64,000 nucleotides of DNA, taken from contig NC_042997.1 of NCBI RefSeq assembly GCF_006345805.1, forward strand, positions 102,238,001 to 102,302,000, in the 5' to 3' direction. A model generated the notes under the pieces. That model saw only the letters and a list, made by a program, of their open reading frames with translations, searched no databases and had not been told where the DNA came from. Every line of letters begins with the position of its first letter. Position 1 is the first letter of the stretch. This document shows positions 51,296 through 64,000 of the stretch, one piece after another. The translations under genes and the position numbers were made by a program. Source of the DNA: Octopus sinensis (lineage: Eukaryota).

Positions 51296-53978
51296 TACAA
51301 ATTATATATCAAGATAAAATTCTTCCTTTCAATTTGAGAACTTAATTATTTGAGTATGTGTTATAAATTTTTATATATTATGGTACATACTTATATTTGA
51401 AGAATGATAAATTAACCATTTACAATAAAAATAGTAATATTTACTCTTGTAGTTTGAATACTGAAGTTGAATGTTTCAACTGAATGAAAGCAATGAGATT
51501 CTCAGCAATTGCTTCAGTTAAAACCCCAAAACAATTATTTCCACAAGTACAACTAAAAAGTACTCCAGGACATGTCTTTCTGCAGCAAATCACAATAAGA
51601 ATGGAAAAATTTGGTGGGGTCAAAATCATTTTGTCAGTACTTCCTCAGATAATAGCAGAGATTAGACTCACTGGAAGACTAAATTCTTGATTATGAAGAC
51701 TCAGTTGAACAATAATGACTCACTGTGTTTACCAACTTATCCTACTTGCAGTCTTCATCATACTGCATCAACTACAATACTGCATCAATTGCACCTTCAT
51801 TTAACAGCAAAATATAATTGTTTTCAGATTCCAACTACAATCATAATTCTACTACAATTTCCAATTGTAACTGTTGATTTCTATTGAGAGGAAAGCATAA
51901 GGATTTGTTTTGTGGATCAGCTGACTATTTCACCTGAGGCTCCATGAGACCTCATTGAATTTGGAACAAGTAATCACCCAAGAATGCTGTCTAAAAATGC
52001 TCAGAGAAATGCAGAGGTTTACCAGGGATGTTCCCTTCCTCTGGTTACCCTATCTGGAAGTACAGCAGCAAAAACAGAGTTCAGCTCTCTTAGCAATGAA
52101 CATACTGCTGTCATCATTAACTAATTATCCTATAGACAAAGATGTACTACTCATGCTCACCCCTATAATTGCTCTATTTGTTCAACAAAAAACTGAACTT
52201 GCCACTACTACAGAAATTAATATCTTTTTAACAAGCAGGTCAGCTAAAAAGAACAATATCAGCAACATCTATAATAATTGCTACAAAAAGAGCACATCAA
52301 AGAAAATGATTTGAAAAAGCTACTGTCAGCATAAATAAGCCTAACGAACCCAACAGCCTGCTTCATGGCTTAGGATGCTAATAAGAATCCCTTATTCCTA
52401 ACATTTTGACAATGACTTCAGTATGGCAACTAATCTAAGCAATAAAGTTGTTTTAGGTTAAACAATCAAGAAGAATATTGACTAGAAAGTCTAAAGGAAA
52501 TCAATCAAGTAAACTATTTAAGTGGAACTCTATGGGGAGCAAAACACTTGACTTTCATACAATAAAGCTGTCAGAAAACAAAGATGTAACATTTAAGAGA
52601 CTCACTCCATGCAGTTAGGTTCCCCTTCTGCATTAAGACTAACTTGATGCCTCATGAATGACTAATATTCATCATTGGAAGTAAAGTTTTTACTGGGACA
52701 GGCTCTAAAACTGGATATGTTTTGCTTCAACCATTTTATCTTAATAATAAGCCAAAAGTTGATTATGTCAAACTGATTGACGTAATTCCTGATATGTGTT
52801 AAATATTTAGATTGTTGAATTGGCACTGTCTCAACTGAAGAAAAATGAGCTCTGCAGGAAATCAATCAAATTTTGGTTCCACTGAAGAGAACTGCATTAG
52901 CAATTGCCATGATAGCAATTTGTCGAAAACACTGGCCAAAGCATATACTGCATCTAATGATGAATGTTTTGTCTATTACTTCTGCAATAATATGCTGATC
53001 GGCTCAACAAACTGCTGAGTAGGAATATTCTAGTGTCAATCTGACTATTGAAGATATATGGTTCCACTATCTGAATCTCCTTGCAGCTCAAAAAAGATCT
53101 CAAAAGCACTGGAAAGACTAAACCTTTAAGCCACTATTGAATGTATTGCCATTGTTGTTATTTGTTATCCTAGAGTATTATGGTACACTTCAGTTAAAAA
53201 CTAGCATCATGCAAATGCAATAAAAATTCATCTTTATGCTTGTGCTTCAATTGCTAATGTTGAACGTTTTAACCAAATAAAACAATTTGATTTTCAACAA
53301 CTGCTTCTCATCACAACAGTATGGGTATATATTTTCAATTAATCATGTGATGAACCTCAGCATTATATTCGTCATCATCATTGTTTCACATCCACTTTCT
53401 ATGCTGACATGGGTTTGATGGTTTGGCAGAAGCTGACCAGTTGAGGAATAGTCCAGACTCCAATTGTCTGTTGTGGCATGGTTTCTATGGCAGGATGCCC
53501 TTCCTAACACCAATTATTATACTTGTAAATAAGGAATCTTATTTTTAAAATCCATCTAATGAAGATAGATAATTAATTAGTTTTAGAAGACATTAATTCT
53601 TGATAACTCTAACAATCTTACAAATATTTCAACTCGCAAACTTAAATACTACTAACAGAAAAAAAGAAATGAAATTGTCAAATGACTGTATTGACCATGT
53701 ATATAGAAAAATAGTAATACAATCACATTACCAAACTTTAGTTTTCTCCGAACCATATCTGGTCAAACACTTATAAGGAGAAATAAATCTCAAATGCTAA
53801 AGTCAAGAAAGGAAATGGCAACTGAGAAAAGAAATTAAGTGATCAAATCACTTGATAAACAAAAGCCAATTTAATTTTTCAAAATCAGATCACTTTAACC
53901 AATAAATGAAAAGTGTTAGAAAATTACTAAAAATGCAAAAAATGTGAGAAAGCATGACTAAAACATAACAGAACTTAC

Positions 53979-54090
53979 CTTAAGTCCTCTTAAAATCTGA
54001 TAAACAAGGAACTGTATGTGGTCATCACTGAGACGTTGAGTTTTTAATATGTTGTTTAGATCAGCTCCCATTAATGGTGTGATTAAGTAG
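53979..54090 (-). CDS. MAPK14: p38 MAPK exon 4 (112 bp): [37 protein letters not shown]
   Basis: Hinge region with Thr gatekeeper and the typical p38 [12 protein letters not shown] motif. Acceptor atttag| and donor AAG|gtaagt. Confidence 0.97.
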
Positions 54091-54534
54091 CTAAATGTAT
54101 TCAAAAAAAAAAAAAGTGAATTAGTAAACTCCCAAATAAAGCTTCATTTCACAATGAATATTAGAAAGAAATAAGAAAGCCAACTGGAACAAGTTACGCA
54201 AGTTAATAATTTTACTGTTTAAAAAGAAATTCCTTATGTGAAAACACTATATGCCACTACTTGCAAAACCTGAAACATTTATCATCATTTAACATCCACT
54301 TGTCCATGCTTGCAAGGGTCAAACTTTGCTGAAGTACATTCTCTATGGCCTGATGACTTTCCTGTCACCAACCCTCACTTGTTTCCAAGCAAGATAATAT
54401 TTCTCCATGGTCAAACATGTTTTGGCAGAATATTGGAAATGAATGAGTGACTATCATATACAATTACCATGCAAAGTCAAAATGTCGAGACTAGGAGACC
54501 TACATACATATTTATGCATATATATATATATATA

Positions 54535-55887
54535 AGGTAGACAAGTCACAAACACCTTCAGGTAGATGGCCCTGCTCGATCTGTAGAAAAGGCGTAGGTA
54601 GAAACTCTATAAGATGCACCAAGTGTAAGCTATGGACACATAAGAGGTGCAGCAACGTCAAAGGAAGGCTAACTAGGAAGATAGTTTTTGTATATGGCAG
54701 ATGCTCAGGAGCAATAAACACTGAAAATGCGCAGAGACCGACTTCCACCACATTCCAGGGAGAAAAACTAGAAATAGTTGATAGCTTCCATTACCTAGGT
54801 GACCAAGTCAGTAGCGGGGGCGAGTGTGTTGAAAGTGTAACTGCTAGAGTAAGAATAGCCAAGCCAAAGTTCAGAGAGCTCTTACCTCTGCTAGGGACAA
54901 AAGGCCTCTTGCTCAGAGTAAAAGGCAGGCTGTATGACGCATGTGTACGAACAGCCATGCTACATAGCAGTGAAACATGGTCCGTGACTGCTGAGGATAT
55001 GTATAAGCTTGCAAGAAATGAAGCCAGTATGCTCCGATGGATGGGTAATGTCAGTGTTCATACTCGACAGAGTGTAAGTACCTTGAGAGAAAAGTTGGAC
55101 CTAAGAAGCATAAGTTGTGGTGTGCAAGAGAGACGTTTGCGCTGGTATGGTCATGTGGCGAGAATGGATGAAGATAGTTGTGTGAAAAAGTGCCACACCC
55201 TAGTGGCTGAGGGAACCTGTGGAAGAGGTAGACCCAGGAAAACCTGGGACGAGGTGGTGAAGCATGACCTTTGAACTTTAGGTCTCACCGAGGAAATGAC
55301 TAGAGACTGAGACCTTTGGAAGTATGCTGTGCGTGAGAAGACCCAGCAGGACAAGTGAGACCATAACGCGTGGCCTCTACCTGGGATGTAGCCAGTCCAC
55401 TTATGCATACCTTTCCTTCTTGGGACACAAAACTCTACTTGTGAAGACCTGTTGAGGCAAGTGAAAATCAAAATCGATCAACATCAATGGAAATTGTAGC
55501 TGTGATACCAGTGCCGGTGGCACATAAGAGAACCATCCGAACGTGGCCGTTACCAGCGCCACTCCGACTGGCCTCCGTGCCGGTGGCACGTAAAAAGCAC
55601 CATCCGATCGTGGCCGTTGCCAGCCTTGCCTGGACCCCGAGCCAGTGGCACGTAAAAAGCACCATCCGACCGTGGCCGTTTGCCAGCCCCGTCTGGCACT
55701 TGTGCCAGTGGCACGTAAAAAGCACCAACCACACTCACGGAGTGGTTGGCGTTAGGAAGGGCATCCAGCCATAGAAACATTGCCAGATCAGACTGGGCCT
55801 GGTGCAGCCTTCTGGCTTCCCAGACCCTAGTTGAACCGTCCAACCCATGCTAGCATGGAAAGCGGACGCTAAACAATGATGATGATG
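54535..55887 (+). mobile_element. RTE-clade LINE 3' fragment in p38 intron 3, with tandem repeats in its 3' UTR and (GAT)n tail
   Basis: ORF 54909..55274 (GRLYDACVRTAMLH...LRWYGHV.RM...GRGRPRKTWDEVVKHDL). Same family as the 28-kb copy. Confidence 0.92.
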
Positions 55888-58194
55888 TATAATGGGCTTA
55901 TTTCATTTTCTATCTACCAAATCCACTCACAGGACTATAGATGGCCTGGTGCCATAGTAGAAATCACTTGCCCATGGTGCCATACTATATGACTGAATTT
56001 GTAACGTGGTTTGGAAGAGAGCTTCTCAACCACACAGCTATGTCCACACCTAGATAGCTGCTGACGGTGCTATGCAGTAGGACTGGCCCTATAACCATAG
56101 TAACTTGTAAGTATCATACTATCTCCAATCATTCCTATCTGTCTCATCTGCTTCACTCTATCTGTTCAAGCTTGAACTGTATTTCTGGATTACTACCTCA
56201 ACCATCTCTCTCTCTCTCTCTTACATTCCAATAACTATGTCAGAACTGTATCTCTTATTAATATTCCACAGTGTTCACCAAATCAGATATGTATTCCCCA
56301 AAATTTTCAGAATTTCCAAGTAGCAATTGTTGTTGCACTTCAATTTCCATTCTCACTTTGATGGCCAAAAATAAAATGAACTTGAATGTTCCAGAAGACA
56401 AAAAAAAAAAAAAATTACTTAAATGTTGTGTCTGGGGAGAGTCATTCTCTTTTAGTGCCTTATTATTTAACACACTCACCAGTAAAATTTCCACTTATTT
56501 TTAATTTTCTAAAACTTTTGTTGCGTCTTGCAACCTTTTCAATTTTGTTTGTTTGTGCGCATGTGTGGGGGTCAGTGTGTGTGGGTGCCCATACATGCAT
56601 ACATGTACGTATGTATGTGTGTGTGTATGTACGTATGTATGTGTGTGTGTTTGCATGTGTATGTATATATGTGTGCGTATGCATATGTATGTATGTGTGT
56701 GCATCTGTATGTACATATCCTGCATATTTATGTGCTCGCCTGTCCGTGTTAGTGTTTTTTCTAAATACTTAAATGATTTGCTGAAAAAAGTAATATTGCC
56801 ATGCAACTGTTGGCTTAAAAAAAAAAAAAAAAGGAAAGTCATATATGACAATGACAGTGGTATAGAAGATGGCAGTAACAATGGTGACGATTTATTGCTA
56901 GATCTTTTTCAGTTCCTAAATGTATCTAGAAAACTCCATAAAATATTGGTTTTCTTTATAAAAGCTAAACACTGCATGTTAAATCAGATGCCTCATCATA
57001 TTTGCATGATGCATATCCCCACTGCCAAATTAACAAAAGAAAAAAAGCATTTGTTCAATAAGACTCCATATACTTTACTCACAATTGAGATATATCGTTT
57101 TTACCATTAGTGAAATTATTCTTTTTTTCCATTTTTTGTATGCATTTTTGTGATATTTAACTACTACCCTTTCTTTAAAAATTTCCCTAAGAAACAAAAA
57201 AAAAATATCCATGCTGTCTTTTCATTACCATATAGCAAAAACATTTTTTTCCTTAAAAACTGCAATCCACTGCCCTCCTCAATGTACCAATGATCCTTAA
57301 ATTCTATATAATTCAGCAGCTTTGTTTCAGATCAGTTCACATTATTTGTAGGAGTTTGCCTAAAAAATCATACAGTCCAGGGTTCAATCTCACTGTGCAG
57401 CAACTTGAGCAAGTGAGTTAACCCCAAGCCTTGAGTGAAATCTGGTAGATGAAGGCACTACAGAAACATGTCCGATATGTGTACCAATGTATATATCAAC
57501 AGGTGTGTGTCAGTGTATGCTTGTTTCAACATTTGATAGCAAATGATGTACCCAATGAAAATACATTAGCTGTTCATCTTCTCAAGTCAAAATAAGTGCC
57601 AGATAAAGTACAGTTGGTTATGATCAACTAAAACACTAAGCCAATGCCCCAGCATGGCCATAGTCTGTTTGAAATGCGCAAAAGAATGAGAGATTAGTTA
57701 AGATGCTGAACTACTTGCCCTTGGATAATTCATTTATGTCATTTGTGATATGAGATCAATATGCTTTAATACTAAACTTAGATTACTTTGATAAGACTAA
57801 AATAATTCAGAGCAAAATGTCACTTAATCTGTTATCTTTATTTTTAAGCTTTTTGTTACCAGATTTTCTATTAAAATACACTACCGTGGTTTTAATTAAT
57901 TTTGAAAATATTGATGAATTTGGTAAAATAATTTCATCATTATTAAATTGGTGTTTGGAACAAATTAACATAAAATTTTGATGGATGGTTTTAATTTAGA
58001 TTACTTTAAAATAGTTTGTATTATAGAACCAAAAGTGGTCTCATTCAGTTTCATAACAAAAGAGTTAAAGTGTATATAATTCCAAATTCATGGGATTTAT
58101 ATCTTTAGTTATTCTATAAATAAAATGAAATTTTTATCTATGGAAACTGTTTTGACAATTTGATAAAATAAACTTTGATAGTATGATATGTGTT

Positions 58195-59455
58195 CATCAT
58201 CATCATCATCGTTTAACGTCCGTTTTCCGCGCTAGCACGGGTTGGACGGTTCGACCGGGGTCTGGGAAGCCAGGGGCTGCACCAGGCTCCAGTCTGATCT
58301 GGCAGAGTTTCTACAGATGGATGCCCTTCCTAACGCCAACCACTCCGCGAGTGTAGTGGGTGCTTTTTACGTGCCACCTGCACAGGTGCCAGGGGGTCCG
58401 GCATTGGCCACGATCGGTTGGAGCTTTTTATGTGGAAGCCAGCCAAGGTGGCGCTGGCAACGGCCACGTTCGGATGGTGCATTTTATGAGCCACCGGCAC
58501 AGAAGCCAGTCAGGGCAGCGCTGGCATCAGCCACGTTTGGATGGTGCTTTTTATGTGCTACTGGCACAGAAGCCAGTCAAGGCGGTGCTGGCAACAGCCA
58601 CGTTCGGATGGTGCTTTTTATGTGCCACCGGCACAGGTATCACAACTACTATTTCCATTGATATTTATTTCGATGTTCATGTTCATGTACTTAGGTCTCC
58701 TCAAGCACAGCGGGACGTTCTGGAATCCAGGGTACTTTGAATGGGCAGGGGCTATGCGGAACTGGTGCAGGAAGCAGCCCGGGTCTTTGCAGTCACAGCA
58801 TTCCAGAGATCTCAGTCCTTCGCCATTGCCTCAGTGAGGCCCAACGCTCTGAGGTCATGCTTGACTACCTCGTCCCATGTCTTCCTGGGTCTACCTCTCC
58901 CCCTGATACCTTCAACTGTTTGGGAGTGACACTTCTTCACACATCTCTCCTCATCCATCCGCAGTACATGACCATACCATCGCAAGCGTCGCTCTTGCAC
59001 ACCACATCTGATGCTTCTTATGTCCAGCATTTCTCTCAGGGTGCTTACACTGTCGTGCGTGCACACTGACATTACACATCCAGCGGATCATGCTAGCTTC
59101 ATTTCTTTCAAGTCTACGCATGTCCTCTGCAGTCACAGCCCATGTTTCACTACCGTGAAGCATGGCAGTTCGCACACATGCATCATACAATCTACCTTTC
59201 ACTCTGAGCGAGAGACCCTTTGTCGCCAGTAGGGGTAGGAGCTTTCTGAACTTTGCCCAGGCTATTCGTATTCTAGTGGTGATACTCTCTGAGCATCCAC
59301 CTCCACTCTAACTTGGTCACCCAGGTAGCAGAAGCTATCAACTACTTCTATTTTCTTCCCCTGGAGTGTGATGGAATCTGTTTTCTGAGTGTCTGTGGTG
59401 TCTATTGTCCCTGTGCATCTGCCGCACATGAAAGCTATCTTATTATCATTCATAA
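58195..59455 (-). mobile_element. RTE-clade LINE 3' fragment in p38 intron 3, inverted relative to the 54.5-kb copy
   Basis: ORFs 58812..59072, 58951..59202 and 59262..59522 encode the same C-terminal motifs; (CAT)n at 58195-58210 is the tail. Confidence 0.92.
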
Positions 59456-60674
59456 AATGCATTATATTGCTTTCAAATTGTATAGTTATCAACAGTACAC
59501 ATAAAAAGCAGGATATCTTCAAACTATATAGCTATAGACCCTTTAATTCCCAACCTAGGTTTCTCTAACTCAGAACATTACATTTTTGATAAGGCAAAAG
59601 CATTTAATACATATTATTAATCTCTCTATTGGATTCTACCACTTTCTCTCTTAGCATCATCTTTGATACTCATCATTCTCTTTCTCTCTCATATCATTCA
59701 TTACTGACATACAACCCTCTCTCTCTCACTTCAATTACTCCCTCTTCCATCACTGTGTCTCCCTATCACTTCTTTTTCATCCAACATAACGCTCAGGCTG
59801 TTCTATTCAATCTCCTTGCCACCAAGTTGGTTGTCTATCATCCTTACTCTTTCCTTACTCCCTCCTCTATAACCCTCACTTCTATGACTATTCCTCCTGT
59901 CATACTCTCTTCTATCACAATCTTACCCAGTTCTTTTTTATAATCCACTCTTTTCATCCTCTTAATCATCTCATCAACAAGTGAAAACAACATAGGGTAG
60001 AGAACTCATTCATTTTGCAGTCTCTTGTGCTGGTGCCATGATAAAATGCACCCAGTGGCTGGTGATAGGAAACATATCAGCCATAGAAAACATATTGAAA
60101 AATGTACATGCAAGACATGGTCCTCAAACTCTCTATGAGGGCAGTTATTCCAGTAAGAATTGGCTTGGTTTATAACAGCCCATCTAATCCACACTGGCAT
60201 GGGAAAGAGGACATAAAATGATAATCTGTATTTTATGCTCTGTTTCAGTTTGAAGCTGTTATCAGTTCACAACATTGCTGCACACTTCATCTTCATGCCT
60301 TCAAGACCAGATTGAAAAACAAAAGAAAATTAAAACAAGAGGCTATCCATTTTAGTGTGTGTTTGTGTGTATACATTTGTATTCCAGTGCACACATGCAA
60401 TGATGTACATATGTATTTAAATGTGGATAAGAGAGGGAGGGTAGTGAATATATCACCTTTTGTATATGTGTACCTTTGGTGTGAGTATTTGGATGTCAGT
60501 GTATGTGTGTGTGTGTGCATCTGTGATAGACTCAAGGGTAAATTGCTTACATGTATGTAGATATGAATGAAAATGTATGCATTTATGTATAATACATTCA
60601 TTATCTACTCCATTAGCAAGTATTTTATGAAGAATGCATTGTAAATAACAATTAACCAAATTGATATTACTTAC

Positions 60675-60733
60675 ACATCTTTGAAAGTAGGTAAACTTTT
60701 ATCAGGTGTAAATGCATCCAATAAACCAATGAT
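60675..60733 (-). CDS. MAPK14: p38 MAPK exon 3 (59 bp): IIGLLDAFTPDKSLPTFKD(V)
   Basis: Matches p38 VIGLLDVFTP. Acceptor atatag| and donor GT|gtaagt; phase continuous with neighbouring exons. Confidence 0.96.
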
Positions 60734-61758
60734 CTATATTCAAACAGACAAAAATAAAAAGCATGTATTAGTCACAAGCATTACATAAATGAATTAAAGT
60801 ACTTATCTCAATATATATATATATATATATATATATATCCTGTTATGACAAGAATTTACAAACTTTTGAAGAACAGGAAATTCTTTTTTGGAACTGGATC
60901 TCAAAGCACAGCAGCAGTCTTTGTCTTTTTCTATCCAAAAGGGATTTTCAATCCAATATTTACAAGCTATTTTACAAGCCAGTGCCAGTTTAAAAGCACT
61001 CAGCACACAGTGCAACGTGGTTGGCATTAGGAAGGGCATAGAAACCAAGCCAAATCAGATTGGAGTCTGATGCAGCTCCTCAGCTTGTCAGCTCTGGTCA
61101 AATTGTCCAACCCATGCAAGAGTGGAAAATGGACGTTAAAGGATGATGAAGGAAAAGATAGACAGTAAAACTGAGAAAATACCATATTCAATTTCACTGT
61201 CAACATTTTCCTTCACCTGGCAACTTTTCTCAACTCTGACAACAGGTATTAAGATTGTATGCAGATAATAACCATGTACAGAAAATTAAAGCAGAGATAC
61301 AAATGAGGATGCTTGAGCCAACAAGAGTCTCTGTGGTCACTTGACCTGCAGAAGAAAACCACATCTCCCTCAAATCATATCCTACTATTTCAAAATAAAA
61401 GGATATGTTAAACAATACAGCCACTGGTGTACAAATAGATGGAATGGACATAGTTAGAGTGCCTTTGATCATAGGCCTGCTAGATCAGGATTGACTTCAC
61501 TTAAGGAAGACTAAAAAGGTTCAGTGAGCTCCACAGTGCCAGGTCTACTTTTACTCATTACATCTAGCAGAGACTTGCTCTTATAAATAAAAACTATGCA
61601 CTCTGTTTAAAAGTATTGAGTATCCTGCAGTTTAATAAAAACAATTTCATTATGTCCCCTACACTCTTTCTTTACTATATTATAGGCCAACAGTTTTGCC
61701 AGCTCACCACCTTCTTTCAGTTCTCATATTTACAAAAACGAAAATTAATATAGCTTAC

Positions 61759-61888
61759 ATTTTCATGTGTCATGTAACGTAACATGCGAATTTCCCTATA
61801 CGTTCTCTTGGCATGGATTGAAGTTAGGAATGGACGACTCAGTTTTTTTATAGCAACATCTTTCCCTGTGATTTTATCGTATGCAGAG
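61759..61888 (-). CDS. MAPK14: p38 MAPK exon 2 (130 bp): [43 protein letters not shown]
   Basis: Manual minus-strand translation gives kinase subdomain II (VAIKK) and helix C (RTYRE). Acceptor ttacag|C and donor AAT|gtaagc. Confidence 0.96.
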
Positions 61889-62077
61889 CTGTAAGAGAAA
61901 GAGAGAGAAAAAAATACTAATTAATATTATTAGAAAGGGAGGTAAGTAAACATTATTTGTACTATTTAAATGCTACTGGAAGCTAAAAGCAATACAAATA
62001 ACAGGATAGTAAATTGTACATGATTTTATGGAAGTTCTCTGACGTAACTCATTTAGATTAATTAATTTGACAGATAA

Positions 62078-62848
62078 TCTTTATATATAAAAGTAAGGTT
62101 GTGTGTCTGTCTCCTATGATTTAGATTCCTAACTACTCCCACATTTTGCGGTGCAGTTTAACCAAAACTTATCTTATAGTTGTGATTAATACCTTCTGGG
62201 TATTAGCGCGCGTCTACGATGAGTCTATGATTTAAAAAAAATTTACCATCATTTTTTTCCATTTTAATGCATTTTTTCGCTATTATATAAGGGAAGTAAC
62301 TCTCTAAAAATGTCTACGATGGATCAACGATTTAAAAAAAAATTTACCATAACTTTTTTTCCATTTTTTTGCTATTTTTTGGCTATAACTCTAAAAATGC
62401 TTATATAGTTATTTCCCTTACAAACCCGAGCAATGCCAGGCGATACTGCTAGTCTTTATATATAAAAGAGAGGTTGTGTGCTGTCTGTCTCCTACGATTT
62501 AGATTCCTAACTACTCCCACATTTTGCGGTGCAGTTTAACCAAAACCGGGTATCTTAAAGTCATGATTCATATCGAGCCCTTCTGGGTATTAGCGCGTGT
62601 CTACAATGAGTCTACGATTTAAAAAAAAATTTACCATCAATTTTCCCCATTTTTAATGCATTTTTGGTATATATAAGGGAAGTAACTCTCTAAAAATTTA
62701 TTAAATCTCAGAACGTAAAAAGCTACAGTAACACCTCCCCCCCTTTGTGGTTAGCCATATTGAGATGGTTATTATACTTTACATCTCTAAAAATGTTTAT
62801 ATAGTTATTTCCCTTACAAACCCGAGCAACGCCGGGCGATACTGCTAG
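62078..62848 (+). mobile_element. Head-to-tail dimer of non-autonomous Helitrons (62078-62452 and 62453-62848)
   Basis: Each unit starts TCTTTATATATAAAAG and ends with a CCCGAGCAA(C/T)GCC(G/A)GG hairpin then GCGATACTGCTAG. Inserted between A (62077) and T (62849) with no TSD. Confidence 0.9.
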
Positions 62849-64000
62849 TAAATAATACAAAAACAAATGTGCAAACAATACCATAAGAGAAACATGACAG
62901 CGAAATATTAATAGATAGTCTTAACTAAAACCAAATTTTTATAATTTCTTCCAGTCAATGTAAAACAATCTGAACTGCACACAAAAGTATTTTATCTACT
63001 CTTTGAACCATTCATTACTAATTATGTTGCATCTCTGACAGCTCAGTACCTTTGCCAAGAACAAATTACAACACAAGGAACAGAATATAATTCAATAATT
63101 TTCTTTACTCATTGAACTGCACTGTAATAATAATGGTGTAAAAGAAGACATCCAAAAAATTCAGCTAACCTAGGATAATTAAAGCAAGTCAGCTGAATTA
63201 TCATTAAAGTGATAAGAGAAAACGAAAAGCAGAAAGAGTCCATATAAAAGGGTAATTAAGAGGTACATATGTTAGACGTTTTCTGTTGATTCAAAACTTA
63301 TAGTTGAAAAGAAAAGAGATTGAAATCAAATATATTTATAGCATAAATATAACTTTAGGGTTAAGGCAAGCAAAACATCAATTATCCTTTTATTTTTTTT
63401 GCAATATCCTCAATAAAACACAGCTGATCTATCTCACTGCTTTGCACATACAGAAGGTCCCAAATTTGGGAAAAGAACTTCTCTGCAACTGTTACAATAA
63501 ACACATCTTGAATGTAATATTACAACAGCTGAAAGTATGGATGACATCCAGTTGTGAAAAACCTTAGCAAAAATTTTGTGCAAAGCAATGTAGTTGGAAC
63601 CACTACTAAAAGTATCAATAGAACCAGTATAGCTCAGACAGGTTTTTCGAGCATTAAGAGGTACTAGATGTGGAATGCAGTAGTCTTCAGATCACATCCA
63701 ACATACACTAGCATTGTAAAACAAATATCAAGCTGATGATGCAAAAACAGTTTTCACAATATTTGCCTTAATATATTATACAAGAATAATTTCAATTATA
63801 TAAGTATTACATCAATATCTTCACAGACTATTTTTTTTTTTTTATTTACATCTATAATAAAGAGGGTTTTATGTCCTGATTTTCTTTTCAAACAAAACTA
63901 GTTCTCAAAATATATAATTTTTCTTTCCATGGTAAATGATCCCCATCCCAATCCTCAAAGAATGTTTTATTTCCCTATATTACTAATAAATATTTGACCA

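Noticed and set aside
51400-53300. Possible very old LINE or other coding remnant (also 33560-33800 and 37700-38800)
   Set aside because: The composition looks like decayed coding DNA, but no motif could be read with confidence. An HMM search is needed.
55511-55726. CRISPR-like repeat-spacer array (also 58359-58634)
   Set aside because: The spacers are related to each other, the array sits inside a eukaryotic LINE 3' UTR, and there are no cas genes. It is a diverged tandem repeat.
61889-64000. p38 exon 1 (GxGAYG loop)
   Set aside because: No such coding sequence was seen; it presumably lies outside the window.

Overview
AT-rich eukaryotic DNA, dense in microsatellites and transposons. The SINE/RTE repeat types suggest a cephalopod, most likely Octopus (inferred, not verified). 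The only well-supported protein-coding gene is a minus-strand p38-family MAP kinase with a TGY activation loop. Eleven coding exons (61888 to 27832) were assembled by hand with canonical splice sites and a continuous frame (1006 nt, 334 aa after the split first codon); exon 1 appears to lie beyond base 64000. Exon sizes and phases match the vertebrate MAPK14 layout as I recall it, except for one extra codon in exon 7 and a longer last exon. Intron 8 is a clear U12-type (minor spliceosome) intron. The rest of the window is repeats: a chimeric R4/Dong-type LINE, three RTE LINE copies, a Tigger-like transposon, Helitron-type elements including a head-to-tail dimer, an 850-bp foldback element with telomeric repeats and an 8-bp TSD, piggyBac-like MITEs and many tRNA-derived SINEs. 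The p38 introns hold many inverted repeats, including a 473-bp near-perfect palindrome and an inverted LINE pair, which predict dsRNA in the pre-mRNA. I found no prokaryotic-type system such as CRISPR, and nothing I can claim as a proven new biological system. Repeat boundaries are approximate unless a TSD or terminus is quoted.
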